Assembly: GCA_951406725.2 (NCBI GenBank)
Contig: OX597835.1
Location: forward strand, 12,090,001-12,154,000
Length of the DNA: 64,000 nt
DNA from: Octopus vulgaris
Lineage: Eukaryota
Direction of reading: 5' to 3'
Shown: one piece after another, positions 27,550 to 42,965 of the stretch
How the letters are laid out: every line of letters starts with the position of its first letter
Position numbering within the stretch: the first letter of the stretch is position 1
Translations under genes and position numbers: made by a program
Notes under the pieces: model-generated
Databases searched by the model: none
Told to the model about the DNA's origin: nothing
What the model saw: the letters and a program-made list of their open reading frames with translations, nothing else

Positions 27550-27700
27550 CATTATTATTATCATTATTATTATTATTATCATTATTATCATCATTATTAT
27601 TATTATTATTATTATTTGTAGTAGTCGTAGTAGTAGTAGTTGTTGTTGTTGTTGTTGTTGTTGTTGCTGTTGTTGTGTTTTGTTGTTGTTGTTCTTGTTG
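27447..27700. repeat. (ATT)n/(GTA)n/(GTT)n microsatellite
   Basis: Direct reading; source of the poly-Ile ORF. Confidence 0.97.
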
Positions 27701-28592
27701 TTCTTGCTGTCGTTGTTTAATTATCAGTTAATCAATCACGATATTTTTTTATTTTTTATTTCATTTCATTTTACACAAGAACAGACCTGAACAATGTACT
27801 TTCCTCGCTGTAGCCCGAAGAAAAATCTCGTAGTGTTATCTACTTCTATCACAAATATACATGCATTTTACCTTTTGAAAGATTTTAAAAAAAGAACCAC
27901 CTTCCGCAAATAGCATGAAAATTCGTCCATTTTATTTGGGATTTTTTTTTTTTTTTCAATATTTTGTTTATTTATTTTCATTTTTTCCCCAAATGTGTAA
28001 ATTTCTTCCCGTATCGCTTGTACTTGTAAAACTTCCAACGTTTAAGACATGAATTATCTTCATTCTCTCTTCTCTTCTGTTAAAACAATACAATTCAATA
28101 GATTTTTTTTTTCGACCTGTGTTTAAAGAAGAATAACATTTGGACTGGCTTCTCGAGGTGTTTTTTTTTCTTTTCTTTCTTTGTCTTTTACTTCCAATTG
28201 GCTTCTAAGTTGATCTTTTTTTTTTTTATTTTTACATTTCATTCTCAGAATTATTTCCGTATTATTTTCTAAAGTTAATGAAATTATATTTAGTATCATT
28301 TGTTTAAATATTTCTTTTATAACTTTCAGTTTTCCGTTTTAACACAGAAGCACAATACGAATACACAAAACAACAAATTAACAGAACTGTTGTACTGTTA
28401 GACAGAATCATTTGCAGTATTCGTTCCGAGTTCAAATCCTGCTGAGATCAACTTCGTCTTACGTTATATCGGGTCAATAAAGTAACAATTTGCGAATGGT
28501 ATTGATCTCTCTCTCTCTCTCCCTCTCTATCTATCTATCTATCTATCTGTCTATCTATCTATCTATTTATCGTTCTCTCTCTCTCTCTCTCT

Positions 28593-28627
<35 letters not shown>

Positions 28628-28957
28628 TACTCACTCGCGCGATCTCCATTTTTCTTTCGGGATAGGGCCTGTGACGCAGAGGTCCGATCTTGTCGTAGCT
28701 TGAGGCGTTAATCCAGATTAACCGCGATAAAAGTATACAATCAAAGCTAACTTCCCGAACGGTTGCCCTTATTATATTTGGTATCATTTGCCTTTTGGAA
28801 TATGCAGGAATATGTATCAGTTGAATTGTCTGCTCAAAGATAATTTCGCTAGAAGGAAATCAGTTGGTTGGACCAGGATATTCCCATCGACGACGCCGAA
28901 GGAAGAATTCGCCATTACATGAACTCGCGTAGTTGAAAGAAACATTGGAGATAAAGT

Positions 28958-29345
28958 GCGCAGGAGTGGCTGTGTGGTAAGTAGCTTGCTAACCAACCAC
29001 ATGGTTCCGGGTTCAGTCCCACTGCGTGGCATCTTGGGCAAGTGTCTTCTGCTATAGCCCCGGGCCGACCAATGCCTTGTGAGTGGATTTGGTAGACGGA
29101 AACTGAAAGAAGCCTGTCGTATATATGTATATATATATATGTGTGTGTATATGTGTTTGTGTGTCTGTGTTTGTCCCCCTAGCATTGCTTGACAACCGAT
29201 GCTGGTGTGTTTACGTCCCCGTTACGGCAAAAGAGACCGATAGAATAAGTACTGGGCTTACAAAGAATAAGTCCTGGGGTCGATTTGCTCGACTAAAGGC
29301 GGTGCTCCAGCATGTAAAAGAGTAAAGAGTAAAGAGTAAAGAGAG
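28958..29345 (+). mobile_element. SINE family A
   Basis: Near-complete copy with small 3' deletions. Confidence 0.92.
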
Positions 29346-29664
29346 TGACTTCGTGAAAATATTTATCACAAGAAATGTGGCGGTCATCCAACTACATATA
29401 TAAATACAGACAACAGTGATTTGGTTCCTATGGTGTTTATACGTTTTCTTTTTATTGCTATAAACTGCTGCTATATTATATTTATTTGATTTTAGTTTAT
29501 CAAGTAAATCAACATATTGTATTTTAGATGTTCACTTCAAAGTAATTATTCCCTTTAATTATTGTTTTTCAACCATATGTTGTAAATCGATATATGAATA
29601 TACGTCTGTTTGTACGAATGTATATATATTCGTATAAGTATACATATGCATATGTATATATATA

Positions 29665-29724
29665 TCATCACGTGATCACGTGACCGACCAGGCTATCAGA
29701 TGTTGCTACACATCGCTGGTCACA
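29665..29724 (-). mobile_element. very short retroelement 3' stub with (CACGTGAT)2 tail
   Basis: A GC-rich 60-mer inside (TA)n, ending in an 8-nt tandem repeat as LINE tails often do. Confidence 0.45.
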
Positions 29725-29815
29725 TATATATATATAAATATATATGTATATATATACGTATATATCTATATGTATGTATGTTTATATATATATATGTATA
29801 TATACATACATATGT

Positions 29816-29972
29816 ATTTACGTCCCCGTAACTTAGCGGTTAAGCAAAAGAGACCGATAGAATAAGTATTGGGCTTCCAAAGAATAAGTCCTGGGGTCGA
29901 TTTGCTCGACTAAAGGTGGTGCTCCAGTATGGCCGCAGTCAAATGACTGAAACAAGTAAAAGAGTAAAAGAG

Positions 29973-29975
<3 letters not shown>
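29816..29975 (+). mobile_element. SINE family A, 3' half
   Basis: cgtccccgtaacttagcgg...caagtaaaagagtaaaag. Confidence 0.88.
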
Positions 29976-30040
<65 letters not shown>

Positions 30041-30042
30041 CA

Positions 30043-30120
<78 letters not shown>

Positions 30121-30123
<3 letters not shown>

Positions 30124-30343
30124 TGGCGAGCTGGCAGAATCGTTAGCAAGCCGGGCAAAATGCTTAGAGGTATTTCGTCTGCCGCTACGTTCTGTGTTCA
30201 AATTCCGCCGAGGTCGAGTTTACCGTTCATACTTTCGGGGTTGATAACATAAATGCCAGGTGAACACTGGAGTCGATGTAATGGATTTAACCCCCACCCC
30301 CAAAATTTCTGGCCTTGTGCCAAAATTTGAAGCCATTAATATT
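30121..30343 (+). mobile_element. SINE family B monomer (tail Z), directly after (ATT)n
   Basis: Head, B box, body, tail ggccttgtgccaaaatttgaa. Confidence 0.88.
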
Positions 30344-30739
30344 GTTATCATTAACCAACGAGCCAGCAACCTGGTCTTTGGATCATGGAACTTCTTGCTA
30401 TCAAGGTATGAATATGCTTCTTCATGTTAAGGATATTGAACGACGAGAACGAGGCAGACTTCTTATATGTGATCTGTGGAGAATACGACTTTCATGGGAA
30501 GGATATATTTTCCTTTGGAAATGAAAACAGGAAGAGGGGAATTGAATTTATACATGGACAGATAGATAGACAGATAGATAGACAGATAGATAGATAGATA
30601 GATAGATACATACATACATACATACATACATACATACATAATACATACATACATACATACATACATACATACATGCATGCATAGACTGATAGATATATAG
30701 ACAGATAGACAGACAGACAGACAGATAGACAGATAGATC

Positions 30740-30829
<90 letters not shown>

Positions 30830-31446
30830 CAGATAGAGAGAGAGAGAGTGACAGAGAGACAGACAGACAGATAGATATGTATATATAAATATATGTGTGT
30901 GTGTGACTGTATGTGTACATATATATATATACAATATATATGCATACATATAGAGATGTATATATATATAGAGAGAGAGAGAGACAGAGAGAGACAGAGA
31001 CAGAGAGAGAGACAGAGAGACAGAGACAGACAGACAGACAGACAGAGACAGACAGACAGACAGACAGCCATTGGCAGAGGCAGAGAGGCAGTAACAAAGA
31101 AAGAGAAAGAGAGAAAGAGAGAAAGAGAGAAAGAAATGTGTGTGAATGTATCTGTGTATAAATATTCATATCCAAATACGTTAACCGGTTACACCGTTAT
31201 GCAGGGAAAACTGAAGTCCCCTATTGAACTTTGTTCTAATCTTGATTTACATCTTGTACCATTTTATATCGTGTATTCTATCTTCGCAATATTCTCCATA
31301 GGTTTTGTGTCATGATTTTCAAGGATTCGGTGAGCAATAGGTTATACATATCGGTATGATTAAACAACACTGGAAGTCACAAACCAAGTTTGAATGTTTG
31401 CATGGCATAACCTTCTTCGCTCCTGTCATATAACTTAATGATATAC

Positions 31447-31500
<54 letters not shown>

Positions 31501-31507
31501 ATATATG

Positions 31508-31635
<128 letters not shown>

Positions 31636-32442
31636 TCTATGTTCGCGGGCATTTCAATGAATACCACGTATATTCATGGTTTGCACGAGGTTTCCCAAGA
31701 AATTCTGCTCTTGTTTTTCCGTTGTTTGAGATCTCTCAGATTGAACAATGTCATTATAGCCAGCCACCCTTACCAGAAATGCTCTGTCTAGCTTTTCTCC
31801 TCCATATTTCTTTTCGTGTTTTCTTCTTCCTTCTCTGTTAATATAATTTCATGCCTCTACATGTTTTATACATTTTCACTCCTCTATTGACTTCGACAGT
31901 TTTTTGTTTTTTTTATATATAGTTTCGCATTCTACCACTGCTTCTTAGCATCTGCTGCAAGCAATTTGTCTTCAGCGTGTCCCATTAATAAGAGAATAAT
32001 TACATGTTTCATTTATAAACAACTTTTAAGTTGAGGCATTCGCGCTTATCTGATTATTGTTATCAATGGTTTTTATGGCAGTATCGATTCTTCTGTCGCT
32101 AATGGTGATCATTATGCCCCGATGTTTCTTTTCTTCATCTTTTTAGTATTATCATCGGTGGTGGAAGTTGTATAAGTTCTGTTGTTGGCCTTATCTCGCT
32201 TGCAGTGGTCGTGTTACTGTAAGTTGTTTAGGTATTTGCTAAATTTCCGGTAGAAATAGTGGCAGCTTCACTGTCAGAGTTGTGATTTATGAAGCAACTC
32301 AATGCCGTTGTTGTTGTTGTTGTTGTTATTTTCCCTGAGCACTAAAATACAAAAAAACAACGGAAGACATACTCAGAACAAGTTATAAACGCTTATACAG
32401 ATACATAAAAACATACACTCATATATGCATGTTATATATATA

Positions 32443-32828
32443 CTAGCAGTATCGCCCGGCGTTGCTCGGGTTTGTAAGGGAAATAACTATAAAGCATTTT
32501 TAGAGAGTTATAGCCAAAAAATAGCAAAAAAATGGAAAAAAAATGATGGTAAATTTTTTTTGAGAGTAAAAAAAGGTCGAGTCGCGTCCCCTAGACAGTC
32601 TGTGGTTTGTTTTTTTTTATTCTCGACCCCATGTCGAATTTATCGATTTTTTTTCAGAACTGGGGGAACTTTTCAAAATTTTCGCTGCGTTAGTTTTGAA
32701 TTATGACATTGGGCTATGTGTGTGTCAAGTTTCATCAGAATCGGTTGAAAGCCGTGGTCAGGGTGAGGGTACGAGAAAACAGACACACAGAAAACGCACA
32801 GACAAACTGCCGTTTATATATAGAGAGA
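32443..32828 (-). mobile_element. non-autonomous Helitron (second subfamily)
   Basis: The minus strand starts TC (tctctctatatataaacgg) and ends with the same hairpin and CTAG|T as 3641-4037. Confidence 0.88.
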
Positions 32829-32830
32829 TA

Positions 32831-32994
32831 TCTTTATATATAAAAGTGAAGTTGTGTGTCTGTCTCCTACGATTTAGATTCCTAACTACTCCCACATTTT
32901 GCGGTGCAGTTTAACCAAAAGCGGGTATCTTATAGTCGTGATTCATATCGAGCCCTTCTGGGTATTAGCGCGCGTCTACAATGAGTCTACGATT
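32831..32994 (+). mobile_element. Helitron 5' fragment (same family as 3641)
   Basis: Near-identical to about 3641-3807. Confidence 0.88.
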
Positions 32995-33089
32995 GTGCGT
33001 ATGTATGTATATATATATACGTACACACATGTCAAATGACTGAAACAAGTAAAATAGTATATATGTAGATATATATGTGCGTATGTATG

Positions 33090-33144
<55 letters not shown>

Positions 33145-33399
33145 CTATGAGTTTAAATATGTGACATCATTTCCATACTTGGCTAGCGGAATTCATACCG
33201 GTGCTTCCCATGCCGGTGAAATCTCTAAGAGAATAGCAATATTAACAGCTCACTCTGGTAATTTGGTGGAATACAGCACCGCGCCTAAAACTAAGGGGTT
33301 ATTCTAAGGATTAAACTGATGTCCGCTGAACTACAGTACTTCCTACGTCGCATTGCAGATCTGATACCTGGTAGGCTTGTACTTCACATACAAGAGAGT

Positions 33400-33640
33400 A
33401 CAGGATATCTTCTGTAGTTGTTGTTTGTGAAAAAGTTTCTTGTATTGAAGTACAGCAGTTTACGAATGGAAGCTTGCGTTACTCAATCTCAGCTTCGATG
33501 GAGTGGTCACGTAATCCCGATGGGTGAAACATGCCTACCCAATGTTCTTCAATACAACCAATTATATTATGGTGCGCAAAATTCTGAGAGATCATACTCA
33601 CGATGCAATGAAGAATTAAAACCGAAATGCTACTTCGAGT
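33400..33640 (+). pseudogene. RTE LINE RT C-terminal relic
   Basis: QSQLRWSGHVIPMGETCLPNVLQYNQL (cf. QLRW.GHV.RM...RLPK..LYGEL). Confidence 0.75.
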
Positions 33641-34121
33641 AAATGGAGCAGAATTAGTTTTCACGGAGAAATCTATGCAATAATTTTGTACGAGATTTTC
33701 AGTCTTCAAGTTTTCGTGAGAAAAACCAAAATAAGAATTTTATTTCTTATTTGTTTGCTCTGTTCGTACTATGATTTGTGACGAATATGGTTGAGTTTGT
33801 CTCTCTAAAACTGGAGCAATGTTTCGCCGTAGAGACAAGAGGGGACTTAAGAAAAATTGTACTGAGATTGTCGGCGGTGTCTTATTACATAGGTTTGTGT
33901 ACGTATGTGCAGAGGAGACAGGAGGAGAGAAATTTGATAATAATTACACGAAGAGGAGATTTTGAAAGGAAAAAAAATGCACTTTTTTTCTTAATAAAGT
34001 ATGTTCACGGTCAGCCTAAGAAACTTGAGTAAGCTATTGTAATTGATTTTCCCACCTTACCTTGAACATGAAAAAACTACGGAGCAGACACTACGTAGGA
34101 GGTAGTATGCGTATGTGTTTC

Positions 34122-34195
<74 letters not shown>

Positions 34196-34203
34196 TTCAC
34201 ACG

Positions 34204-34270
<67 letters not shown>

Positions 34271-34357
34271 GTATATATATAAATATACATATAGATAGAT
34301 AGTTACATTTATACATATGTATATTCACACGCACAAGTACACATGAACACACACGCG

Positions 34358-34417
<60 letters not shown>

Positions 34418-34611
34418 TTTATATTATATACATATATATATATGTATATATATATAGATAGATAGATATATATATATATATATACACTCACATACATATG
34501 GCTATATAGATAGGTATAAATACAGATGTTGGTATAAATATATAGATAGATAGATTGATAGGTAGATAGATAGGTAGGTAGATGGATTGATGGATGGATG
34601 GATAGATAGAT

Positions 34612-34690
<79 letters not shown>

Positions 34691-34861
34691 CAGACACGTA
34701 TACATACGTGTGTTTGTGTGTGTATGTGTATCAAATATTAATACTGGTTTACCAGTTGCCAATATCAATTAGAGGAGTCAAGACGAACAAATCGCCAGGA
34801 ATAAATATATGTTTATGAAGTTAATGGTTAGTGACAAACTGCAATGTATATGTATATATAT

Positions 34862-34942
<81 letters not shown>

Positions 34943-35091
34943 CATACATACATACATATATATATATACACATATATATATATATATATATACATATATG
35001 TATATGTATATATATATATACATATATGTATATATATATATGTATATATATATATATGTATATATATATATGTATATATATATATATGTAC

Positions 35092-35138
<47 letters not shown>

Positions 35139-35425
35139 TGTATGTATGTATGTATATATATTTATATATATATATATAGTTGTATTTTTCTTACGAAAGA
35201 TGTGTGTGTGTGGTGGGGGGGTGTACCGCTCTTATGATTTTGTCGGACTAATAAGGGAGAACACGTGAATTACGGCGTATATAGTAATAAAATATAGCAC
35301 TGGGAAATTACAGAGAGAAAGAAATATATGTCGAAGGGCTATGATTATCTGAAACCTTAGTGTCTCCCTCAGTTTCATTCCTTACGTATTTAATATGTAT
35401 ATATATATGTATGTATATATGTATA

Positions 35426-35508
<83 letters not shown>

Positions 35509-35523
35509 GTATATATATATATA

Positions 35524-35563
<40 letters not shown>

Positions 35564-35770
35564 AACGTGTGCACAAACATATATACATATATGTATCGTA
35601 CACACCCATACACATACATAAAAGTATGTGCGTATTAATATGTATATATGTGTGTATATGTATACATATATATATATATAAATCCATATATATATGTATA
35701 TATACTATATAGAAAACGTATGCCCAAACGTATATACATATATGTATCATACCCACCCATACACACCCAT

Positions 35771-35816
<46 letters not shown>

Positions 35817-35967
35817 GATGAAAAGATATAGTAAGTATGTCTACCTGCTTCAAATAACAATCATATATATATATGCGTCCATCTATCTCTCTATATATAT
35901 ACATATATATTCACATTTGTATTTATGCATGTATGTGTGTGTATATATAAAATATATAGATGTATTA

Positions 35968-36012
<45 letters not shown>

Positions 36013-36716
36013 AATACATCTTTATATATATTAGCATGTGTGTATACACATTTATATGTGTGTGTAAGTGTGCGTATGTGTGTGTTTGTGCAGCGAGAGA
36101 GAGACAGTGATAAGCAGACGATAGAAATAAATGAATAAATGAACTTTCCTCGTAGATAGTGTTGATAGGGGCGGAAAGGATGCATTCATCTTCATAGCGA
36201 CCACATATAGATATGAGAGGAAGACGTTAAAGTTTCCTACGCTAAGTGTTTTCGATTTGCAAAAAATACTTAGTTTTACTGATTCTGGGCGAATATAGTT
36301 GCAGAAATAATACGTAGAAAGTTTATTGGGAAAAAAAAATATTACGCATTATATGTCATCGGATACCAGTAATTCAAAAACAGATAAATGAATAATTAAT
36401 TGACCGACAAAATACCGAGAAAATACAACTGAATAAATGTTATTGTAGTTTGTGTCGAATGCATTAGAAAATTAATAAAGAACATTGAATTAATGTAAGT
36501 AATTAATGTACAAGATATTTGCAAAATTTTACTTTGTCTTCGTCGGCTGACCTTCGGATCATAAATTAGCATTCTTTAGCTAATATTTATCTGAGATTCT
36601 GACCTTTTCTTTTTTTTTTAACTAAATTCCATTGGTTTAAACTTGCTGCGAGAAATGTAAAGCGAGGAATAACAGAAATTCCTGTGATTTAAAGGGACTA
36701 ACACAAACACACACAC

Positions 36717-36761
<45 letters not shown>

Positions 36762-36870
36762 CATACATACTTACGTATTCATACATGTATATATATACAT
36801 ATAAATATATATATATATATATTTATACATGTATATACATATATGTATACATATATATAAATACGCACAA

Positions 36871-36918
<48 letters not shown>

Positions 36919-37293
36919 ATGTGTGTGTGTGTGTTACTGACGTTCTGATAAAGAATTTATAACTATTTTTTAATAATTTTTAAGAATAATTTTTTATACT
37001 AAGTACAACTGTACCAAGTAATTTTCACAAAAATTTTAAAATATATATATGTATGTATATATATATATATATGTACATATATATATATGTACATATATGT
37101 ATATATATATATGTATATATGTGTATGTGTGTATGTATATATCTATGTATGTATGTATGTATATATATATATATTTATAAATACATATATGCTTATATAT
37201 ATATGCAGTTACATATATATATATATATATATTATATATATGCATATCCATATATATATATACATATATATATTTATATATACATGCATATAC

Positions 37294-37394
<101 letters not shown>

Positions 37395-38221
37395 CGTTAT
37401 CAGCACCAGGCAGTGATTAGGCATAAGCGAACCTTAGGTTTAGTAAAAAAAATATTTATGACATATCTCGACTTCTAAAGGCAAATTCGCTGCATTTAGC
37501 GTGCAGAGAAAAAACTCGATATCTGACAGGTATGGTGTTTTTACGCCTTTTTACCATAAGCGATAATTTTTTTTTTTTGCTCCACGGTAAATGCAGTAAA
37601 TTTGCCTTTAAAAGTTGAAATATGTCAGAAATATATTTTAAATAAACTAAAATTCTCATATACACCCAGAACCATGCTAATATCTTAGGATTTCTCGTTT
37701 TTCTGTGAATCGATTTTGATAAAACGCTTCCCAACTAGATTGCACACTATGGCAACACCATTATTTTTTTTATTATTATTCTGTGTAACGTTCTTTCTTT
37801 TTTACGTCAGATTCTTCAGGTTTTGTGTGAAACATGCTAATAGCTTTTGAATGAAAATAACCCATCTAGACATTTTCTTTTCAGAAAATGGTGGTTAATG
37901 ATACATATTAAGCATATACTGAGAATATATTTAACAGAAGATTATAATAATATGATAACATTTATTGACACAATGAATTATTTAGCCACATGAGCGCCTA
38001 GGAAGAAAAGATCCGATTGTGAGACTTCCAAGACTGTGACAGCTGAGGATTTAAGGAATATTGGCTGCAAGCTATGTACGAAACCTGGACAAACAAGCAA
38101 ATTCATTTTCACCGCCTCCGGACGTCCTCATATACCGAAAACGTTAATTCAGTGGTTTTTATCCATTGACTAATATATTCGTCACGATCGGTGCAATATC
38201 TTCTTATTAAGGCGCTACAAA

Positions 38222-39078
38222 AGGCGGCGAGCTGGTAGGATCTTTCGCACGCCGTGCAAAATGCTTAGCAGCATTTCGTCCGTCTGTACGTTCTGAGTTC
38301 AAATTGCACCGAGGTCGATCTTGCCTTTCATTCTTCCAGGATCAATAAAATAAGTAGCTCTTAGGCACTGAGGTTGATGTAATCGATTAACCCCTTCCTA
38401 CAAAATTTCAGGCCTTGTGCTTAAAGTAGAAATGATTATCCAGGGACGACGAGTTGACAGAAACGTTAGCTTACTGGATTAGATGCTTTCCGGAATTTCT
38501 TCCATCTTTATGTTCGAGCTTGCCTTTCATCTTTTCGGGGTCGATAAAATAAGTACCAGTCGAATATTGGGGAAAGACGTCGTTGACTGACATCCTGAAT
38601 TATGGGCTTTGTGCCAAAACTTGAAACTATTAAGGTAGTGAAGGCCAAAGATCTGGCAGAATCGTGAGAGCATCGAGAATAAATGATTTATTGCATTTGC
38701 GTTCACTCTAAATACTACCGACACCAAATTTACATTTCATTCCTCCGGCGTCGTTAAAATAAAGTACCCGTAAAGTGTTAAGCTTGATGGTACTGACTAA
38801 CCTCACGGCTCTCAAAATTGCTGGCCTTGTACGTACATTAGAAAGCAATTATATGGCAGTCACCCGAGAGAACCATAAGAGAGTCGAAAAATTGCTTCAT
38901 AGAATTTGTTCTACCTTTTAAAATTCTGAGTTCAAAATCAGCCGAGTTCAACAACTTTATGTTTCACCCTTCCGCGGTCAAGTCGATAAAAGAGTGTACC
39001 AGTCAAGTACTAAGATCAACAATATCGACCAACTTCCTCCTTTCAAAGCTGTTCTTCTTATGCCGAAATCAGAGACCG
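38222..39078 (+). mobile_element. four degenerate SINE family B monomers head-to-tail
   Basis: Heads near 38222, 38442, 38642 and 38853; each has a variant of the ctttcat...gtcgataaaataagtacc body and a cttgtgc-type tail. Confidence 0.75.
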
Positions 39079-39394
39079 TTTTTGATCTGTGTTTGCTTTC
39101 CAAATGCTGTTTTCATAAATCCAGCAGTTTCATATTTTCAAACAACCACAACCAAAAACAAATCTATGATCCTTCGTGATTTTCTTTCAACACACTTCAT
39201 ATTTCTTTTTCCAGTTCCATTTACTTAGAAAAGTACATTTGCAAAATAAGACCTCCTCATATAGAAAGCTTATCTCCTTCATGTCATATTACAATATAAT
39301 TTTTTCACCAACAGACATTGTTTCTTTCCCAAGTCTCATCTCTAACATACATACATATATACACACATTCACACAATCGCGCACACACTCATAA

Positions 39395-39490
<96 letters not shown>

Positions 39491-39591
39491 ATATATGTAT
39501 GTGTGTAGACACAGAAGCACGTACACACAAACATGTTTATGTATATCGCCACATAGATAGATACAAAGAGAGACAGAGATAAATGGATGGA

Positions 39592-39656
<65 letters not shown>

Positions 39657-40326
39657 AATAGAAATAGAAAGACAGAGAGAATGAAAGAGATTACATCTAT
39701 GTCAACTGGTGGTGATGGTGAATTTGTAATTTATCTCAAGGTACTTGTTTTATGCGAGTGACTACTTACCAGAGCACCACTCTACTATATATACACAGAC
39801 AGTCATACAGACATACAGATAGCTAGATAGACAGACAGACAGGCAGACAGATAGATAGATAGATAGATAGATAGGGAAGAGAGAGAACACGAAATGAAGT
39901 TGGTATTTCTTTCATTTTCATACAGACGAAATAAATAACAACTTAATGCTACATGCTTATCTCCCGTATCAGACACTCTCTTTATATTACGTAATGGCCC
40001 TGTTATAATTGCCTGAAACCCACCGGGTCATGAAATAGAAGAAACTTAACGTGGATACTATCAAGAGTTGCAGCCAATTTCGCAATTTTCTCGCCCAACT
40101 AGCGCATCTATTTCCACTTATTACTCTATCTTGGTCCACAATATAAACGCTTGCATACATCTACATATAAAATATACGAATGTATATTGTACGTATGTAC
40201 GTACGTATGTGTATGTATGTATGTATGTATGTATGTATGTATGTATGTATGTATGTATGTATGTATGTATGTATGTATGTATGTATGTATGTGTGTATGT
40301 ATGCATGTATGTATGTATGTATGTAT

Positions 40327-40447
40327 GTATGTGTTTTTGTGTGTGTGAGTGTATGTATATGTATATATATATATACACACATACAAATATGTATGTGTGT
40401 ATTTGCATATGTGTGTGCATGTGTGTCTATCTAGCTATGCGTATATA

Positions 40448-40491
<44 letters not shown>

Positions 40492-40663
40492 AACAAGGAT
40501 ACGTATGTACGTATGTATGTATGTATGTATGTATGTATGTATGTATGTGTTTTTGTGTGTGTGTATATATATATATGTATATATATATACACACACATAC
40601 AACTATGTATGTGTGTATTTGCATATGTGTGTGCATATGTGTCTATCTAGCTATACGTATATA

Positions 40664-40715
<52 letters not shown>

Positions 40716-40725
40716 AACAAGGATA
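40327..40725. repeat. ~220-bp local duplication within microsatellite
   Basis: tgtctatctagctat.cgtatatacatc...aaacaaggata occurs twice. Confidence 0.88.
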
Positions 40726-40965
40726 AAATCGTTAATTTAAATTAAATATCGATCTTATCAAGTGGCCAGCATGGGAATAAAAACCTTAAAAGGTAATAAT
40801 CATTATTAGAATTATAATTTAGGGTATCTAAAAGATTCCAACTCCACTGGAAATAGCAGCCAAATCTTGACTCTAAAACCACATTAAATGTTCATACAGC
40901 ACTAGGTGAGATAGATAGATAGATAGATAGACAGGGAAGAAAGAGAACATATGTATATACATGTT

Positions 40966-41191
<226 letters not shown>

Positions 41192-41981
41192 CACACAGAT
41201 ATATATACACATGCATTTGACTGTTATTTGACTGTTTATTGGTCAACCTACCCAGAGTCCTTAAAACCACTAAATCGTGGACAGTTTTATGACATTACCA
41301 CACCATTCTATATCTCAATTTTTTTTCTCCTCTCTCCCTCCCTCCCACTCTTTCTCTTTCTCTGTCTGACTCTCTCTCTGACTCTCTCTCTCTCTCTCTC
41401 TTGATTGTCAACTCTATCACGCTCTCTGTCTCCTTCTCTCTCTCTCTCTCACTTTCTGTCTCCCTTTACCTCTCCATTAATTCTTTTATCTGAATTCTTA
41501 TGATCAGTCATAAGAGCTATGTTTAAATGTGTATCATCGTATACATATTCCGTCAATTATTTATGTGTTCATGTGAACAGTTATTTATACAAGTGTCCAT
41601 TACGCTCATATGAATATACATACAAAATTATCTCGGTGTACAGATTTCTGGAAGTGGCTGCTATCCTTCAAACTCTACAATCCTTTTCTTCTGTATTTTT
41701 AACCTTTTTGTTGGTATTTGTTTTTACATGTATATAAATACTTACTCAAAAAAACTTACATTTCAGTTTAGACGCTCCGAGGAAGCTATAAGGTGATGCA
41801 CAACCACTTAGTCTAAGTGCACAGTATAATACAGCAGAAACAGATGTAAGCTAATGTAGCTCATTATGCCATTCCTGTTCCCTTATTTGAATATATGTAT
41901 GTGTATGTATGTATGTATATTGCTAATAAGGAGAATGAAGAATTTTGAACGCTCAGACATTTTTTTATTCATAACAATTGT

Positions 41982-42068
41982 CCGACTCGTGTTTCGATTA
42001 CACTAATTGTATATTGTTGCATATTTATATGCAGCGATTTATGCAGTATTAGTACAATCGCTTCAGGG
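41982..42068 (-). ncRNA. degenerate type I hammerhead-like motif with long stem II (Penelope-type)
   Basis: cc-CTGAAGc-gattgtactaat...attagtgtaatc-GAAAC-acga-GTC-gg; 12-bp stem II base, A9 replaced by C, weak stem I. Confidence 0.55.
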
Positions 42069-42315
42069 TATATTCAGGGTATATCAGAATGACATGGTAC
42101 TGATTTTTGGCTGAGTAGTCGAGACAAATGGAAAAGGAGCTACATTCGTAAAAGACATAACGACCCACCGTTCGATCTTGGAATTTTTAGCGAGGGATGT
42201 CGCTAATAAAGATTTAACACTTCAATAAATGAACTGTGTCATAAATCCAATAACCATGAAATGCCTATGTGCAGTAAAAGACAATAACTCTTATCCTGTG
42301 TGAACAGCTTCACGT

Positions 42316-42965
42316 TCAAGGTTTTATTCCGACATGAGAAGAAGAACGACGCCTAAAACGATTCCTGGAAGACAATCGGGAAGAAGAGGAACGCACATGG
42401 CACAACCGCGAAACTTGCTGCGCTAAACCCTCAATTGCCTTCAGGGTTTCTGGTTGTGATGGCAAGTCAGTCGAAGAAGAATTCCGGGTACCTGTGGAAG
42501 AAGTAATTGCTACTACCTTGTCAGCAGACGATGTGGGCTTGAAGAATTTCGGCATCCTATCCGCAGGTGTAGCTATTTGTTCAAGAGAGTTACCCTAGGA
42601 TGGACTATATTTTGGGTGGAAACCGAGAGAAAAGTAGTTCCTTCAGGAAATAATTTTCTCCTGTGGAGCCGTCGGCCAGCTCGTGAATTTTGCATAAAAA
42701 TTCTGTGGGGATTCTATCCTCCAAGAGCGTGCGGAAGCAACTCTCGGAAGATTTAGAATTCCTGAAAAGGACCTCCGCTTTTATACTGTCGTAGGGGCGT
42801 GTCGGTAGTTAGGTCTCTGAGCGCTAACGGCGAAGGAATCCCACTCGATACGATGTGCAATCTCTGCTGAGCTGACTGAATGTTATTGGATACGAAGTAT
42901 AATTCCAGCTGGGCAAACCACATCTTAGGGCAGCCATGATAGCGGGGCAGAGTGATGTGGCTGAT
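42316..42965 (-). pseudogene. Gypsy-type LTR retrotransposon gag relic
   Basis: LPRYHGCPKMWFAQLELYF...IVSSGIPSPLALRDL..., LLGDRIPTEFL..., then AIEGLAQQVSRL..RSSSSR..RNRFRRRSSS. Matches the P.LWFAQ.E..F and LGDRKPS gag motifs. Confidence 0.78.
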
